A program made the position numbers and the translations under genes. From a virus, in IMG/VR virus record IMGVR_UViG_3300021180_000005, positions 1-64,000 of that record: 64,000 bases of DNA; one strand, 5' to 3'. The notes under the pieces were generated by a model. The model was not told the origin of the DNA, did not search any database, and was given only the letters and a program-made list of their open reading frames with translations. Positions within the stretch are counted from its first letter, which is position 1, and the number at the start of each line of letters is the position of its first letter. Shown in pieces: positions 27,827 through 37,754 of the stretch.

Positions 27827-28585
27827 TTAAATCATTATAGTTCCAATGATTGGTCCAGCTCCAGTTGCAGCGGTAGCGTTCAGTCGATAAAAGCGAAAAT
27901 TAGGCAAATTCACATCGCCAGATGCAAGGGTTCCACCTGTGTCGTCTCCTTGTCCACTTTGCCATTCGTAGGTGTTTGGACCACCAGAAGCAGTACCTGC
28001 TGCAGTGATGGTTCCAATGGTTACGTATTGTCCGTCCTCATCAAAGTTTGCACCTTGAATAACAACTGTCACTGCTGACAGTGTACTGGTAACTCCAGCT
28101 TGCTGTGCTGGTAGCTTAACTGTTGCGCTTAAGGATTTACCTGACTGTTGCGAAGGTGATGCTGGGCAGCATACTGGTGCAGATGCTCCACCTGCACTAG
28201 TCAATGCGTCTCCCAGCTCAGGCTGTGGAACAATAATCTGGCCACCATCAGGTGTATTTGCTGCAACAGTGGATGACGTAATAGTATACGTTACGGTGCA
28301 AATTCCAGCATCTGTGGTAGTGACTGTTAAAATCTGTGCATTGGTTACGTTGAAGTTTACAGAGTTTGCAGCTCCCACAACAGTAATAAGACTTCCAACT
28401 GTAGGAGCGTTTCCAGCGACGATTCTAAAAGTTACTGTTGCTGTGGTTGTTACTGCTGAATCTGATATGATGTAACCAAAGGTTGGTACTGTCTTGTCAT
28501 TCCATGATCCGAATGCATATTCTGGACGGCCCTGTACAAGTAGTACTGGCACTGGTTTGAATGGAGACTTAATATAGAAACTCAT
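27827..28585 (-). CDS. putative structural protein
   Basis: Thr/Gly/Val-rich, within virion module. Confidence 0.65.
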   Translation of the reverse strand: MSFYIKSPFKPVPVLLVQGRPEYAFGSWNDKTVPTFGYIISDSAVTTTATVTFRIVAGNAPTVGSLITVVGAANSVNFNVTNAQILTVTTTDAGICTVTYTITSSTVAANTPDGGQIIVPQPELGDALTSAGGASAPVCCPASPSQQSGKSLSATVKLPAQQAGVTSTLSAVTVVIQGANFDEDGQYVTIGTITAAGTASGGPNTYEWQSGQGDDTGGTLASGDVNLPNFRFYRLNATAATGAGPIIGTIMI

Positions 28586-28665
28586 GATGTTTAATTCCTT
28601 CCCCGGCGCATAGCCGGACCTTCAGGTTGTGGGGCTAGGCGAGTAGCCCCATTGCGTTAATATTC

Positions 28666-28791
28666 TTAATACTGCTTTGGTACTTTATTAGTCAAAAGAG
28701 GACATGTTTCAGTATGTCCCCACGAGCTGTTGCAGTGATCGCAAGACTTTCCAGAATCCTGCTTTGCCAACTGCTTAGCGTATTCATCCAT
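28666..28791 (-). CDS. small Zn-binding protein (41 aa, not in ORF track)
   Basis: CDHC...H...CP motif. Confidence 0.5.
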   Translation of the reverse strand: MDEYAKQLAKQDSGKSCDHCNSSWGHTETCPLLTNKVPKQY

Positions 28792-28793
28792 AT

Positions 28794-31616
28794 TTATTCT
28801 TCTTCCTCTGGTTCAAAGTGAATTGAAGGATGCCCTTCTTTCCATTTTACAGGATATCCACGATTTGTTTCAAGTTTTTCCCATGTTCTTCTTGCTGCAG
28901 GAGACATGTCTTTATCACCCTGCAAAGTAATGGGTTTACCTGATCTGTTAGCTTCTGAACGAGCCGCCTCAGCAAGTCTCATGTACGCACGCTCCCCTAT
29001 TCCTTTTCCTGCTTTAGTAGAGTAAGAGGAGCGTACTGTCCATGTCCTAGGGTCTTCTTCTTCAGAAGTGGCACTTACAAGCGCTACAGAATCTCCTTCA
29101 GGGTCACGAGCAGTGACCTGATGAATATCGCCTGCTTTGTTGTACTCATAGGTGTGTTTAGTCGCATCAGTAGTCTTTGATTCTTCTGCTGGATGACGAG
29201 GCATCATTTTGTCTTTAGAAATAGTTTCATTTGCCCCCTCAGTTACATCAAAAGGCGTTTTAACGGACTCTCCACGTTTCAAAGATTGCTCAAGTTCTGT
29301 TGGAGAACGCAATGAGGCACGGCGCTCAGTTATACGTCTCTCCTCACCTGTAGGAGATTTGCCTTCGTCTATACGTCTTTCTGTTGCTCGGTTTTCTACC
29401 TTTGCTGGGGCAGCTGCAGCGGCAGGTGAGCCTCCGCTGACTTTAGGATTGCCAAATTGATCCACTGCAACCCGTAGACGAGGAAATAGCTTAGCAGCAC
29501 GCTCAGCGTTAGCTTTAGCAGAACGATCACGGTTTTCAAAACCCGGTTCACGTTCTGCCTGCTCTGCAGCTCGTCCTATGTTGATTTTTTCATCCTCATT
29601 AAGTTGTTGTGTTATTTCATTGGCTAACTGACCTCGTTCTGTACGATGTCTACGTTCGTCCCGCTTGTTAAAGTCATATTCGTTAGGTTCCAATCCGTGT
29701 GCTTTAGCTAACTTTCTAAGATTATCATCAGAAAGCTCACTTATTTTTTGCTGTACGACTGGATGGTACTCCTCTGCGCTCTTAGCTGGTTCTCTTCCTT
29801 CTTCTCCTGCTTTGACTATGTTCTCTTCCTTAGGAGTGTACTCTGTTGATTCTTCTTTAGGTAATACAGGTTTAGTTTCTTCAGCAGGAGCTTCCTTAAC
29901 TTCTGCTTTTGCCTTTGGCTCTTCAGGTTTAAGTGCGTCCTGTAGAAGTTTGTGTACGCGACCTTCTATTGTGTCTTCTGTGTCTACTACTTTACCCTCT
30001 TTAGCCTTCAATGACTTCAGGTCAGCTGCGGTACCTACCGCTGATTTTGTCTCTACTGGTTTCTCTTCCGGTAGGTTGATCTTTGGTAATCCACCTTTAG
30101 GAACCTGTGGCCCTTCAGGTGTTCCTTCAGTAAGCATCTTAGGCGTGCCCATGGTGCCTTGTTCGTTGGCTAATTGGATACGTCCATAGGATGGTCTAGG
30201 TGCTGCCGTTGGTTCCTGTGGCACAACTGTTGTGGTATGCGCTGGGCTGACTTTAGGAGGTCTATTACCTAGAGACCTAAGAGGAGAAGGCTCTGGTTCT
30301 GCTTTGGCAACAGGGGCAGCTTCAACGTTCTCAGCTGGTACCTCTGCTGCCGTAGTTTCCTTGGGTAGTACTTTTCCAATAGTTCTTCCTACTGCTCCAC
30401 CTACTTGCTGTGGAATAGTTGGCTGTACAGCCTTGGTCTTCTCTAGATGTTCCTTTGCTATGTCGTGATGTGCTTGTGCCTCGTCTAACTCAGCTTGTGC
30501 CTTGTCTAATGCAGAGCGTACTGCTTTAGGTGAATCAATACCCTGTGCATGCGAAGCAGCATACTTTGCATGTTCCGCTGCGGCTGCATCGTGTTTAGCC
30601 TGTGCGTCTGCCAAAGGTTTCTTAGTGGACTCTACATTGGCTTCTGCCTGCTTAACCTCTGGTGGTTTTGTTAGCTCTTCTATTTTTGCTCCAACTCGGT
30701 CCTTGATGCCTTTGCCCACTTTTCCAGAAGCTTTATCAATGCCGTACAATGTCGCTAATTGTGTCAATGCTCCACCGATATCGCCCTTCTGAGCTTGATC
30801 GGTTATGGACATTGCCAATGGACCTATGGCTGGTACATATTCTCCTAAAGTACCGTGCAAAAATGCAGAAATGGCGTGCCCTGTTGCTGCAGCACCGTGA
30901 GTTTTGAAGTACTCCTCCATCTCTCTTTCTGATGCGTCTTTTTCTCCTTGTGCTGGAGCAGTTATGTACTTTGCCAATAGTGTATGCGCTTCTGGATCGG
31001 CTACATTCTTTACCCTGTCCCAGAAAGATGCATTGGGTTTACCTTCCACCGTGTCTGGTACAGCTACTGGAGTCTTTGTACTCGCTATGTCTTTAACTGC
31101 TTCTGTACCAAACTGTACTAAACCTCTTCCCATTTTACCAGCTTCATGACCCACGTGCTCAGGTGTAAATCCTAAGTTTTCAGCCACTGGTGAAGCGGTA
31201 GAAGTAGGGCCTTTGGAGGTTGCCGACTCTTCATCCCCCATAACTCCATGGTACAGTCCACGGATCCCCCTAGCAGCCTTTACAGCCAGCTGTTCTGCTG
31301 GAGATAATACAGCGTTGTTTTTATCCAGCTTTGTTAATAGGTCTTCCTGCGGTGTGGCAGTTTTTGCTGCAGGAGTTGTAACCCCATAGTACGGAGGTTT
31401 TGTAATGCTATTAGTTACTGTGGGATAAGAAAGTGATGTCTGTGGTGTAGACTTTGCTACAGGGTGTAGGGGTTCTTCTGTAAGTCCCTCTGGTACACCC
31501 TGTACTTGCATTTGAGACTTAGGCAGCGCCTCTTCAGTGAGCCCAGCGGGTACACCTTGGACTTGTTGAGGGTCTTCTGTAACGTCTGCTGGAACACCTT
31601 TAACTTGCTCTGCCAT
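28794..31616 (-). CDS. large putative ejection protein with C-terminal GNAT-like domain
   Basis: N-terminal V.GVP..LTEE x3; C-terminal GKGIGERAY...MSPAARRTWEKL. Confidence 0.65.
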   Translation of the reverse strand: MAEQVKGVPADVTEDPQQVQGVPAGLTEEALPKSQMQVQGVPEGLTEEPLHPVAKSTPQTSLSYPTVTNSITKPPYYGVTTPAAKTATPQEDLLTKLDKNNAVLSPAEQLAVKAARGIRGLYHGVMGDEESATSKGPTSTASPVAENLGFTPEHVGHEAGKMGRGLVQFGTEAVKDIASTKTPVAVPDTVEGKPNASFWDRVKNVADPEAHTLLAKYITAPAQGEKDASEREMEEYFKTHGAAATGHAISAFLHGTLGEYVPAIGPLAMSITDQAQKGDIGGALTQLATLYGIDKASGKVGKGIKDRVGAKIEELTKPPEVKQAEANVESTKKPLADAQAKHDAAAAEHAKYAASHAQGIDSPKAVRSALDKAQAELDEAQAHHDIAKEHLEKTKAVQPTIPQQVGGAVGRTIGKVLPKETTAAEVPAENVEAAPVAKAEPEPSPLRSLGNRPPKVSPAHTTTVVPQEPTAAPRPSYGRIQLANEQGTMGTPKMLTEGTPEGPQVPKGGLPKINLPEEKPVETKSAVGTAADLKSLKAKEGKVVDTEDTIEGRVHKLLQDALKPEEPKAKAEVKEAPAEETKPVLPKEESTEYTPKEENIVKAGEEGREPAKSAEEYHPVVQQKISELSDDNLRKLAKAHGLEPNEYDFNKRDERRHRTERGQLANEITQQLNEDEKINIGRAAEQAEREPGFENRDRSAKANAERAAKLFPRLRVAVDQFGNPKVSGGSPAAAAAPAKVENRATERRIDEGKSPTGEERRITERRASLRSPTELEQSLKRGESVKTPFDVTEGANETISKDKMMPRHPAEESKTTDATKHTYEYNKAGDIHQVTARDPEGDSVALVSATSEEEDPRTWTVRSSYSTKAGKGIGERAYMRLAEAARSEANRSGKPITLQGDKDMSPAARRTWEKLETNRGYPVKWKEGHPSIHFEPEEEE

Positions 31617-31624
31617 ATTGTCTC

Positions 31625-34600
31625 CTATTGTGTCAAACTATGGTACTGTCCATCTAAAGCGTACCCTACTACTTTGTTCTGTTTATCTCTGTACACATGC
31701 GTAGCAGTATCCGGTACTCCTTCAGGTCTAGCAGCTGTTTTTGCCGCTCCTCCTGTTGCTCCACCGAAGTCTACGTTGTCAGAGTTACGCATAGCTACCT
31801 GCTCCAGATAGTTCTGGAAGGATGCCTTAGATTCTTCACCGCTAAGATAAGGCTGAGGTATAGTATGCATTTCGTTTTTAATAATGGCAGGACTTCGTGG
31901 TATCTGGCCTTGTGAAGCCTTCAAGTTTGCAAAGTGTGCCATCATGGTTGTGTAGTAGTCTGCCAGTACTTGACGCGCAGCAGGACTTAGGTCCTGATAC
32001 TGGTTTTTATTCAGTGTGCCCTTCATCAACTGCTCAGAATACCCAGTAACTGGATGCCCTAGAAGTGCGTCGAAAGCCCCAGCTACCATCTTGCTGATAT
32101 AGTCTGGTTTCTCAGATTCTTCAGTTATAGACGTTAATACTGGTATATCTGTGGGTTTCAACTTTCCTTCTTCAATGTGCTGTTGATACTTCTGAAGTGC
32201 GTCCTGAATTACGTTATACGTCTTGTTCTTTTCTCGGTCTTTTTCAACCTGTGTAGCTGGTATGTTTGATATTCCATTAGCAGGGTCCAATCCTTGATTC
32301 TTGGCTTCTTCTGCTGTAAGAGCCTTGCGGCCTTTTGGAGTATCAAAGTACATGACTTTACCTGCTGTGCGTTTCTGCTCTGCAGTGGTAGCCTGTGTGG
32401 CAGGTGCGTTGTTAGCTCCTAAATACGCCAGAGCATTGCTATACTCCTGATCATCTATGATTTTGTTTTTATGAGCAGTTTCTAACGCAGACTTTTGCTG
32501 AGATGGATCGGCTACATCTGGTGTACCTACTTTAGCTAAGGTAGCTTCAAATGCTTTCTTGTCCTGCGCAGCTCCTTCTTTGGGAGTAACCGGGCCTGCA
32601 TAGACAATATGCGTTGGGTCCTTCTCATTATAAAATGCTACTTGTGGTCCTTGGTCCTCTTTACCGGGTTGGATTGCTCCACCTGTTACTTGTTTGAATC
32701 CCGGTATTGCGCTTTCCTTGCTGGCTTTATCTTCTTCAGCTGTAGCCTTAATAGCTTCTGGAATTTCCTTTTCGGTCTTAGCTGCTTCTACGTTTCTATT
32801 GGCTACAGTTCCGGGTATAATCTTATTCAACCCCGGAGCAGTAGCTGCTAGGCCTACTTGTCCTGCTATAGAGGCTGCACGTCCTAGTTTACCTAGTACT
32901 CCGGGGTGGTTCTCTTTAGAACCCCACGGTGTGCTTTTCAAGTAATTCTGCTTTGCTTCCTGTAATAGAAGTGCCTTTTCATGTCCCTCTGCGGTACCTT
33001 GATCTAACGCTGCTTGTATGTCGGCGTCGTATTTGGCTACTCTAGCTTCATGGTTTGGAACTATAGGCTTCATACCCGACGTTGGTGCTGGTGGACCCTG
33101 TGTAGTTGGTGTTTGCGGTCCTTGAATAGGTTGTGGTGCGCCTCCTTCAGGTTGTCCTCCTAAAGCTGCTGGCTTTGTTAATCCCGGCATTACTTTCTTT
33201 GCCCAATCTACGGCCAGTAAACTACCAAGAGTTTTCTTTGGTTTCTCTTCCTCTACAGGTTGCTCTTGTATCTTTTCGTTGTTAGACACATCAGAGGTTG
33301 TAGTCTGCACGCCTGGGTTACGTACTTGCTCTGCGGCTTTAGCCTTTGCTTTTTCTTCCATTACTTGACTATAAGGTCTAAGGTTTTGTTCCCCAGCATT
33401 AGTAGCAACCGTAGTAGGTCCTTCTGGTTTCTCTTCTGGATGTTCCGCGCGATATTGCTCAGCCTTTTCAGGGGTGAGTACTTTTTCACCGTCTTGTAAA
33501 ATGGCTACCTGATGCTTGCCGTCGTTTACATCTACATCCCCGCCGTCGTCGTATACTGGAGCCTTACCTATGGGGACTAATGGCATCTCTGGTTCAGGTG
33601 CTGCACTTTTACCTCCCGGCATGTAGCTAGGCTGTATTACGTTTCCATTGCTGGGTGTAGTAAGACGTGCTTCCTTAGCAGCTTCTCGATCTTGTGCACC
33701 TTTACGGAAGCCTGCTATGCCAAACGCTCCTTGGTCCCCTGTGGTGTCTGTAACAGGAGCTGGTGCCTTAGACTCGCTTGGTGTGTTAAGTAGACTTTGT
33801 AACCTCGCATCTGCTTCCGATTGTGCTCTACGTCCTGCAGCAGTTGATACGTCTCCACCATCATCATACAGAGGTAGAGGTGTCTTGAGGCTTTCTGGAA
33901 CAATTGGTTTCATACGCGGCTGTTCTTGTGATTGTGCAGGCGCTGTGCGTTGATGCGTAGCTGGGGCAGGAGGTGCTGGTGGGGCTATCTTTACAGGTGT
34001 CAAGTTTCCATCCGCGTCAACGTGGTACAGCACTTGTCCAGAGCCCGGTCTTTCTCCATACCCTTGTGGATGCACTAGATCACTTTCTGTAGTGACAATA
34101 GGCTTCATTTCTGGTTTTGGCTTTGGTGCGTTCTCTTTTGCCAAAGCATCGACTTGTGCTTGTTTCTCTGCAATGCCTTGTGCTTCGCTCTCTCCGGGAG
34201 GCAGTGATTTAAGTGCAGACGTTACACCTTTTGCTTTGTCTCCTAGCTTTTTTAGTGTGCCGGGATTTTCTTGTGTGTCCACATCTCCTCCATTATCATA
34301 AAGCGGAATTGGATTATAACCCATAGGGTTGTACTCATTGTTGTCTTCAGTGGGAGACAGAGGATTCATATCTCTGTTAGGTGCTCCCACCTTTACAGGT
34401 CTAGGAAAACGTTGAAGCTGCTCAGCAGTTGGTGCTTGCGGAACAGAAGGTTGAGCAAGTTTAGACATGCCAGAAGGTACAGGAGGCTGTCCTTGCGCTG
34501 CTGATATTTGTCCTTGCGGAGCAGCGGTTGTTGGAGTCGCTGACACTTGAGGCGCTTTGTTTGTAGGTGTAGTAGAAACAGGCGGTTTAGCATTTTGCTG

Positions 34601-34642
34601 CGCCATTAATGCTTTTACAATTGGATTATCTGTCAGTGCCAT
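31625..34642 (-). CDS. large putative ejection/internal virion protein
   Basis: Pro/Gln/Ala-rich; YDxGGDV x3; AILQDGEKVL motif. Confidence 0.65.
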   Translation of the reverse strand: MALTDNPIVKALMAQQNAKPPVSTTPTNKAPQVSATPTTAAPQGQISAAQGQPPVPSGMSKLAQPSVPQAPTAEQLQRFPRPVKVGAPNRDMNPLSPTEDNNEYNPMGYNPIPLYDNGGDVDTQENPGTLKKLGDKAKGVTSALKSLPPGESEAQGIAEKQAQVDALAKENAPKPKPEMKPIVTTESDLVHPQGYGERPGSGQVLYHVDADGNLTPVKIAPPAPPAPATHQRTAPAQSQEQPRMKPIVPESLKTPLPLYDDGGDVSTAAGRRAQSEADARLQSLLNTPSESKAPAPVTDTTGDQGAFGIAGFRKGAQDREAAKEARLTTPSNGNVIQPSYMPGGKSAAPEPEMPLVPIGKAPVYDDGGDVDVNDGKHQVAILQDGEKVLTPEKAEQYRAEHPEEKPEGPTTVATNAGEQNLRPYSQVMEEKAKAKAAEQVRNPGVQTTTSDVSNNEKIQEQPVEEEKPKKTLGSLLAVDWAKKVMPGLTKPAALGGQPEGGAPQPIQGPQTPTTQGPPAPTSGMKPIVPNHEARVAKYDADIQAALDQGTAEGHEKALLLQEAKQNYLKSTPWGSKENHPGVLGKLGRAASIAGQVGLAATAPGLNKIIPGTVANRNVEAAKTEKEIPEAIKATAEEDKASKESAIPGFKQVTGGAIQPGKEDQGPQVAFYNEKDPTHIVYAGPVTPKEGAAQDKKAFEATLAKVGTPDVADPSQQKSALETAHKNKIIDDQEYSNALAYLGANNAPATQATTAEQKRTAGKVMYFDTPKGRKALTAEEAKNQGLDPANGISNIPATQVEKDREKNKTYNVIQDALQKYQQHIEEGKLKPTDIPVLTSITEESEKPDYISKMVAGAFDALLGHPVTGYSEQLMKGTLNKNQYQDLSPAARQVLADYYTTMMAHFANLKASQGQIPRSPAIIKNEMHTIPQPYLSGEESKASFQNYLEQVAMRNSDNVDFGGATGGAAKTAARPEGVPDTATHVYRDKQNKVVGYALDGQYHSLTQ

Positions 34643-34663
34643 AATGACTCCTAAAATATATTC

Positions 34664-35278
34664 TTAAACCCCGCCTGCAAAGTCCTTAGCTATACTTCCA
34701 CCGAAGTTTGAAAGTCTGGTTAACTGAGATAGCCAATCAGCTCCCTGCGTTGCTTGTTCTGTAGATACATCTTCGTTTGCTTGCTTCATAGCTCCTAACT
34801 GTCCACTGACGTTAGTGCCATACAAACCTTGCATACCTGCTGCGCCTCTTTGATTGAGGTCTTTAGCGCCCATTACATCTTGCGCGGCAACACCTTCGGA
34901 TGCACCTGCTGCAGACTTAGCTTTATCTCGTGCCAGTTGTCCTAGGTCTTTGCTAAGGGTGGTAGCGTTACCTGTTCGTGCTGCATTTCCTTTTAGTTCG
35001 CTCTCAGCTCCACCGTACGCCGCCCCTGCGCCTGCTTCTGCGTTGGTAAGCAGCTCATTAGTCTGGTTAGGATCGTAGAGGTGCGTTGCGTTCATCTCTC
35101 TTGAGAAAAACGGATTAAGCTGAGCACTTTCAGAGGTAGCTTGCTTTCCTAAGTCTGTAGCTAGACCCGATGCTTGCGCTTCATTTTGTCTTGCCTGAGC
35201 ATTGTACTGCCCACCACCCAACCCTAGAAATGTAGGGAATATTCCTTGAAACAGTAGTGCCAAAATCATTTTCATCAT
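34664..35278 (-). CDS. putative ejection/pilot protein
   Basis: Ala/Gly/Gln-rich, upstream of the large internal proteins. Confidence 0.6.
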   Translation of the reverse strand: MMKMILALLFQGIFPTFLGLGGGQYNAQARQNEAQASGLATDLGKQATSESAQLNPFFSREMNATHLYDPNQTNELLTNAEAGAGAAYGGAESELKGNAARTGNATTLSKDLGQLARDKAKSAAGASEGVAAQDVMGAKDLNQRGAAGMQGLYGTNVSGQLGAMKQANEDVSTEQATQGADWLSQLTRLSNFGGSIAKDFAGGV

Positions 35279-35318
35279 TACGTTTTCCTTTTAATCTACA
35301 TTTCTCTTGTGTTACTTA

Positions 35319-35939
35319 TTAAACTGGTATCTCTACCCAAGTAACAGTGGTCTGAAAACTTGTTGCACTGGCTGCGTTTAGAGCAACAGCGCAACCGGGG
35401 GCAATGCACAGTGCTCCTGCAATCTCATCTTTAACATAAGGCGCTGTTGAAGTAGTTGCGGTAGCTGATATAGAATTAGCAAACATTGTCCGTACCAGCA
35501 CTGGAGTAGCTCCCAGAGTAGCAGAAGAATCCGCTTTGCCTACCGAGGACGCAGCGCCTCCTATCAATGCAGGGTTAACTGTCAAAGGAGTAGTGTGCAC
35601 CGTAGCGGTAGCCAGAGGGTTAATTACTGCCGCCAATGAAACTACGTCAATAGCTGCTGCAGCGGCTAAATCTTGAGCTACAATTACTTCCAACAAAACT
35701 AAGTTCTTTCCAGAACCTGCAGGGTTGCTAAGAATGAACCCTGTGGCTACAGCCGCAAGGTTCGTAACTGCAATTGCGCCTTGGGTGGTTGCTGTGAACA
35801 CGTTTCCTTTGTATACGTTCTCGTAATATCTGGGCTGTAATTCGGTAACCATCAGGTCTGTGAATTCCCCAGCCCCAAACGTCACGTTCTGCCCTACTAC
35901 CTTGCCTGTAATTCCTTGATTTCCTTGGATGCTTGACAT
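35319..35939 (-). CDS. putative structural protein
   Basis: ORF in virion module. Confidence 0.65.
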   Translation of the reverse strand: MSSIQGNQGITGKVVGQNVTFGAGEFTDLMVTELQPRYYENVYKGNVFTATTQGAIAVTNLAAVATGFILSNPAGSGKNLVLLEVIVAQDLAAAAAIDVVSLAAVINPLATATVHTTPLTVNPALIGGAASSVGKADSSATLGATPVLVRTMFANSISATATTSTAPYVKDEIAGALCIAPGCAVALNAASATSFQTTVTWVEIPV

Positions 35940-35949
35940 ATGTTCCTTT

Positions 35950-36273
35950 TTATACTAAATCTCCTCCCGTCACTTCGGGATCGCTCGCTAAAATCTGTGG
36001 ATCAAAATCTTGAGGCTTAGCCTTGCCGCCATCACATGCCAGCTGTGTGAGTGCCACACGCATGGACCTAATTTCCTTCAAAATCTTCAAAAGAGTATCA
36101 TTCACAGCGGTCGTGTCTCCTATCTGAATATACCCAACACCAACTCCGGGTGTTCCCATGAATACGTTAAGGGTATCCGTAGCAAAGTACATTTCTCCTA
36201 ATGACAGTGGCATAGCTGCTTGTAGATTGGCTTGGGTTCCACGCAACGGTTGAAAAGTAAAATTCCTTGCCAT
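35950..36273 (-). CDS. fiber-associated protein (Mtd N-terminal-like motif)
   Basis: RGTQANL...LGEMYFATDT motif. Confidence 0.6.
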   Translation of the reverse strand: MARNFTFQPLRGTQANLQAAMPLSLGEMYFATDTLNVFMGTPGVGVGYIQIGDTTAVNDTLLKILKEIRSMRVALTQLACDGGKAKPQDFDPQILASDPEVTGGDLV

Positions 36274-36927
36274 TTAGAATGTCCCGGCGTCAATTAAAGT
36301 CAAATTTGATCCTGCATTGATGGTTGCAGGCAACTGCGTCTGTGCCAATGTTCCGCTGATATCAGTGAAAGCTGGCTGCGCCAAACTCAATACCCCTGAA
36401 GAGTTCATTCCAGTAGCAAATTGGTGCGATACCGGAGAAGTAACTGGGAAGACGGCTGTGCCTACTAATCCATAATAATTCGTTCCGTCCGAAACTATGT
36501 CAAGGCTTTGACCTGTGAGCAAAGTAACTGAAGAAGACCCATTGATGGTGCTAGTGGTGGGAGTAATAGTTACTGTACCAGCGCCTTGGTTGGAGAATGT
36601 TGCAATCCATCCTGTTGGGAAAGTCGCACCCGCCTGAGGCAAGGTCACGGCTATTGCCGACGCATTTTTTAGAGTCACTAGTTTAGAACGGTCACTTCCA
36701 AGAACTGTGTACGTAGTACCAACCTGTGCATTTACAGCAACAAGGTCTTGTGCTACTTTTTGCCACGCATTACCTGCGCCAATACCAGCGCTTCCTGACC
36801 CAGCATCTACGTATAACTCATTTGTGTCCGTAGTCCATGCGAGTACCCCGGCTTGACCTGTAGATGCTAAAGCAGAAAGATTAGCGAGAGTACCACGGTA
36901 TACCGCAAACTTTACATTTAGTGCCAT
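36274..36927 (-). CDS. fiber-associated protein (Mtd N-terminal-like motif)
   Basis: RGTLANL...AWTTDTNELYV; VTLP...GAGTVTI motif. Confidence 0.65.
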   Translation of the reverse strand: MALNVKFAVYRGTLANLSALASTGQAGVLAWTTDTNELYVDAGSGSAGIGAGNAWQKVAQDLVAVNAQVGTTYTVLGSDRSKLVTLKNASAIAVTLPQAGATFPTGWIATFSNQGAGTVTITPTTSTINGSSSVTLLTGQSLDIVSDGTNYYGLVGTAVFPVTSPVSHQFATGMNSSGVLSLAQPAFTDISGTLAQTQLPATINAGSNLTLIDAGTF

Positions 36928-36942
36928 TTATTTCCTAATTTC

Positions 36943-37125
36943 CTAGAATGTACCTACATCTAAAAGTTGAAGAGTTGTGCCTGACCCTATACTAGTAGGC
37001 ATCTGGTTCTCGTTAATCTGTCCCGACAAGGCGCTAAGGGTTGGCATTGTATCGGTAGTTTGAGTCGTACCGTCTGTGTATACTATGTTTGAGTATCTTG
37101 ATAAATTTAAAATAGGTTTGGACAC
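36943..37125 (-). CDS. small protein sharing its C-terminus with 36274..36927
   Basis: SGQINENQMPTSIGSGTTLQLLDVGTF vs SGTLAQTQLPATINAGSNLTLIDAGTF. Confidence 0.6.
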   Translation of the reverse strand: MSKPILNLSRYSNIVYTDGTTQTTDTMPTLSALSGQINENQMPTSIGSGTTLQLLDVGTF

Positions 37126-37754
37126 TATTGGACACTCCTTTTTGGACCCGGTGCTGGACGGTCCAATACAATTCCTAGACCATGTCCTCCTTGTTGCCCA
37201 CCTGGACTTGCTGTGCCGCTTCCTGTAGAAGGCAAAAGAGTAGATGCGTTAATTCCTGACATCTGTATTTGTATAGCCCCACCTAAATTTCCAAAAACTG
37301 TTGGCTTAGCAGGGTCTGATCCCGGCATTTGAGCGTAGCTTCTAAGATAATACGTATTCAGAGTTTTACCGTCGTTCTGAAACGTAGGTAAGTTTAAAAA
37401 AGAACTCCTAGATGTGCCATGGTCAATCACATGAGGCTGGGTAAAGTTAGGGTTCGTGTCTATTTCTGAAAAATATCTAATGCCTTTTTGTACGGGTTGA
37501 TTATGCACTATTGTGTGATGCAGAATCTCCCCCGGACAGATTATAACGCCGTTGCTGTACGCACCCTGCACATTTATGCTATCTACAGGAGGTGGAGGAA
37601 TTACTTTGCCAACCGCTGCTACACCTGCGTTTTTAGCCAAGGTGTTAACTGCAGTAATTATCCTATCAAACAGCGTACCTGCATAGGAATCCTTTTGGGA
37701 AATGAATGAAAGTTCCCTTCCCCCCGTAAGCTGCTCATTTGCTCCGCGTGCCAT
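37125..37754 (-). CDS. putative tail protein
   Basis: ORF after large tail gene; AGGAG SD lies inside the GIY-YIG gene. Confidence 0.6.
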   Translation of the reverse strand: MARGANEQLTGGRELSFISQKDSYAGTLFDRIITAVNTLAKNAGVAAVGKVIPPPPVDSINVQGAYSNGVIICPGEILHHTIVHNQPVQKGIRYFSEIDTNPNFTQPHVIDHGTSRSSFLNLPTFQNDGKTLNTYYLRSYAQMPGSDPAKPTVFGNLGGAIQIQMSGINASTLLPSTGSGTASPGGQQGGHGLGIVLDRPAPGPKRSVQ

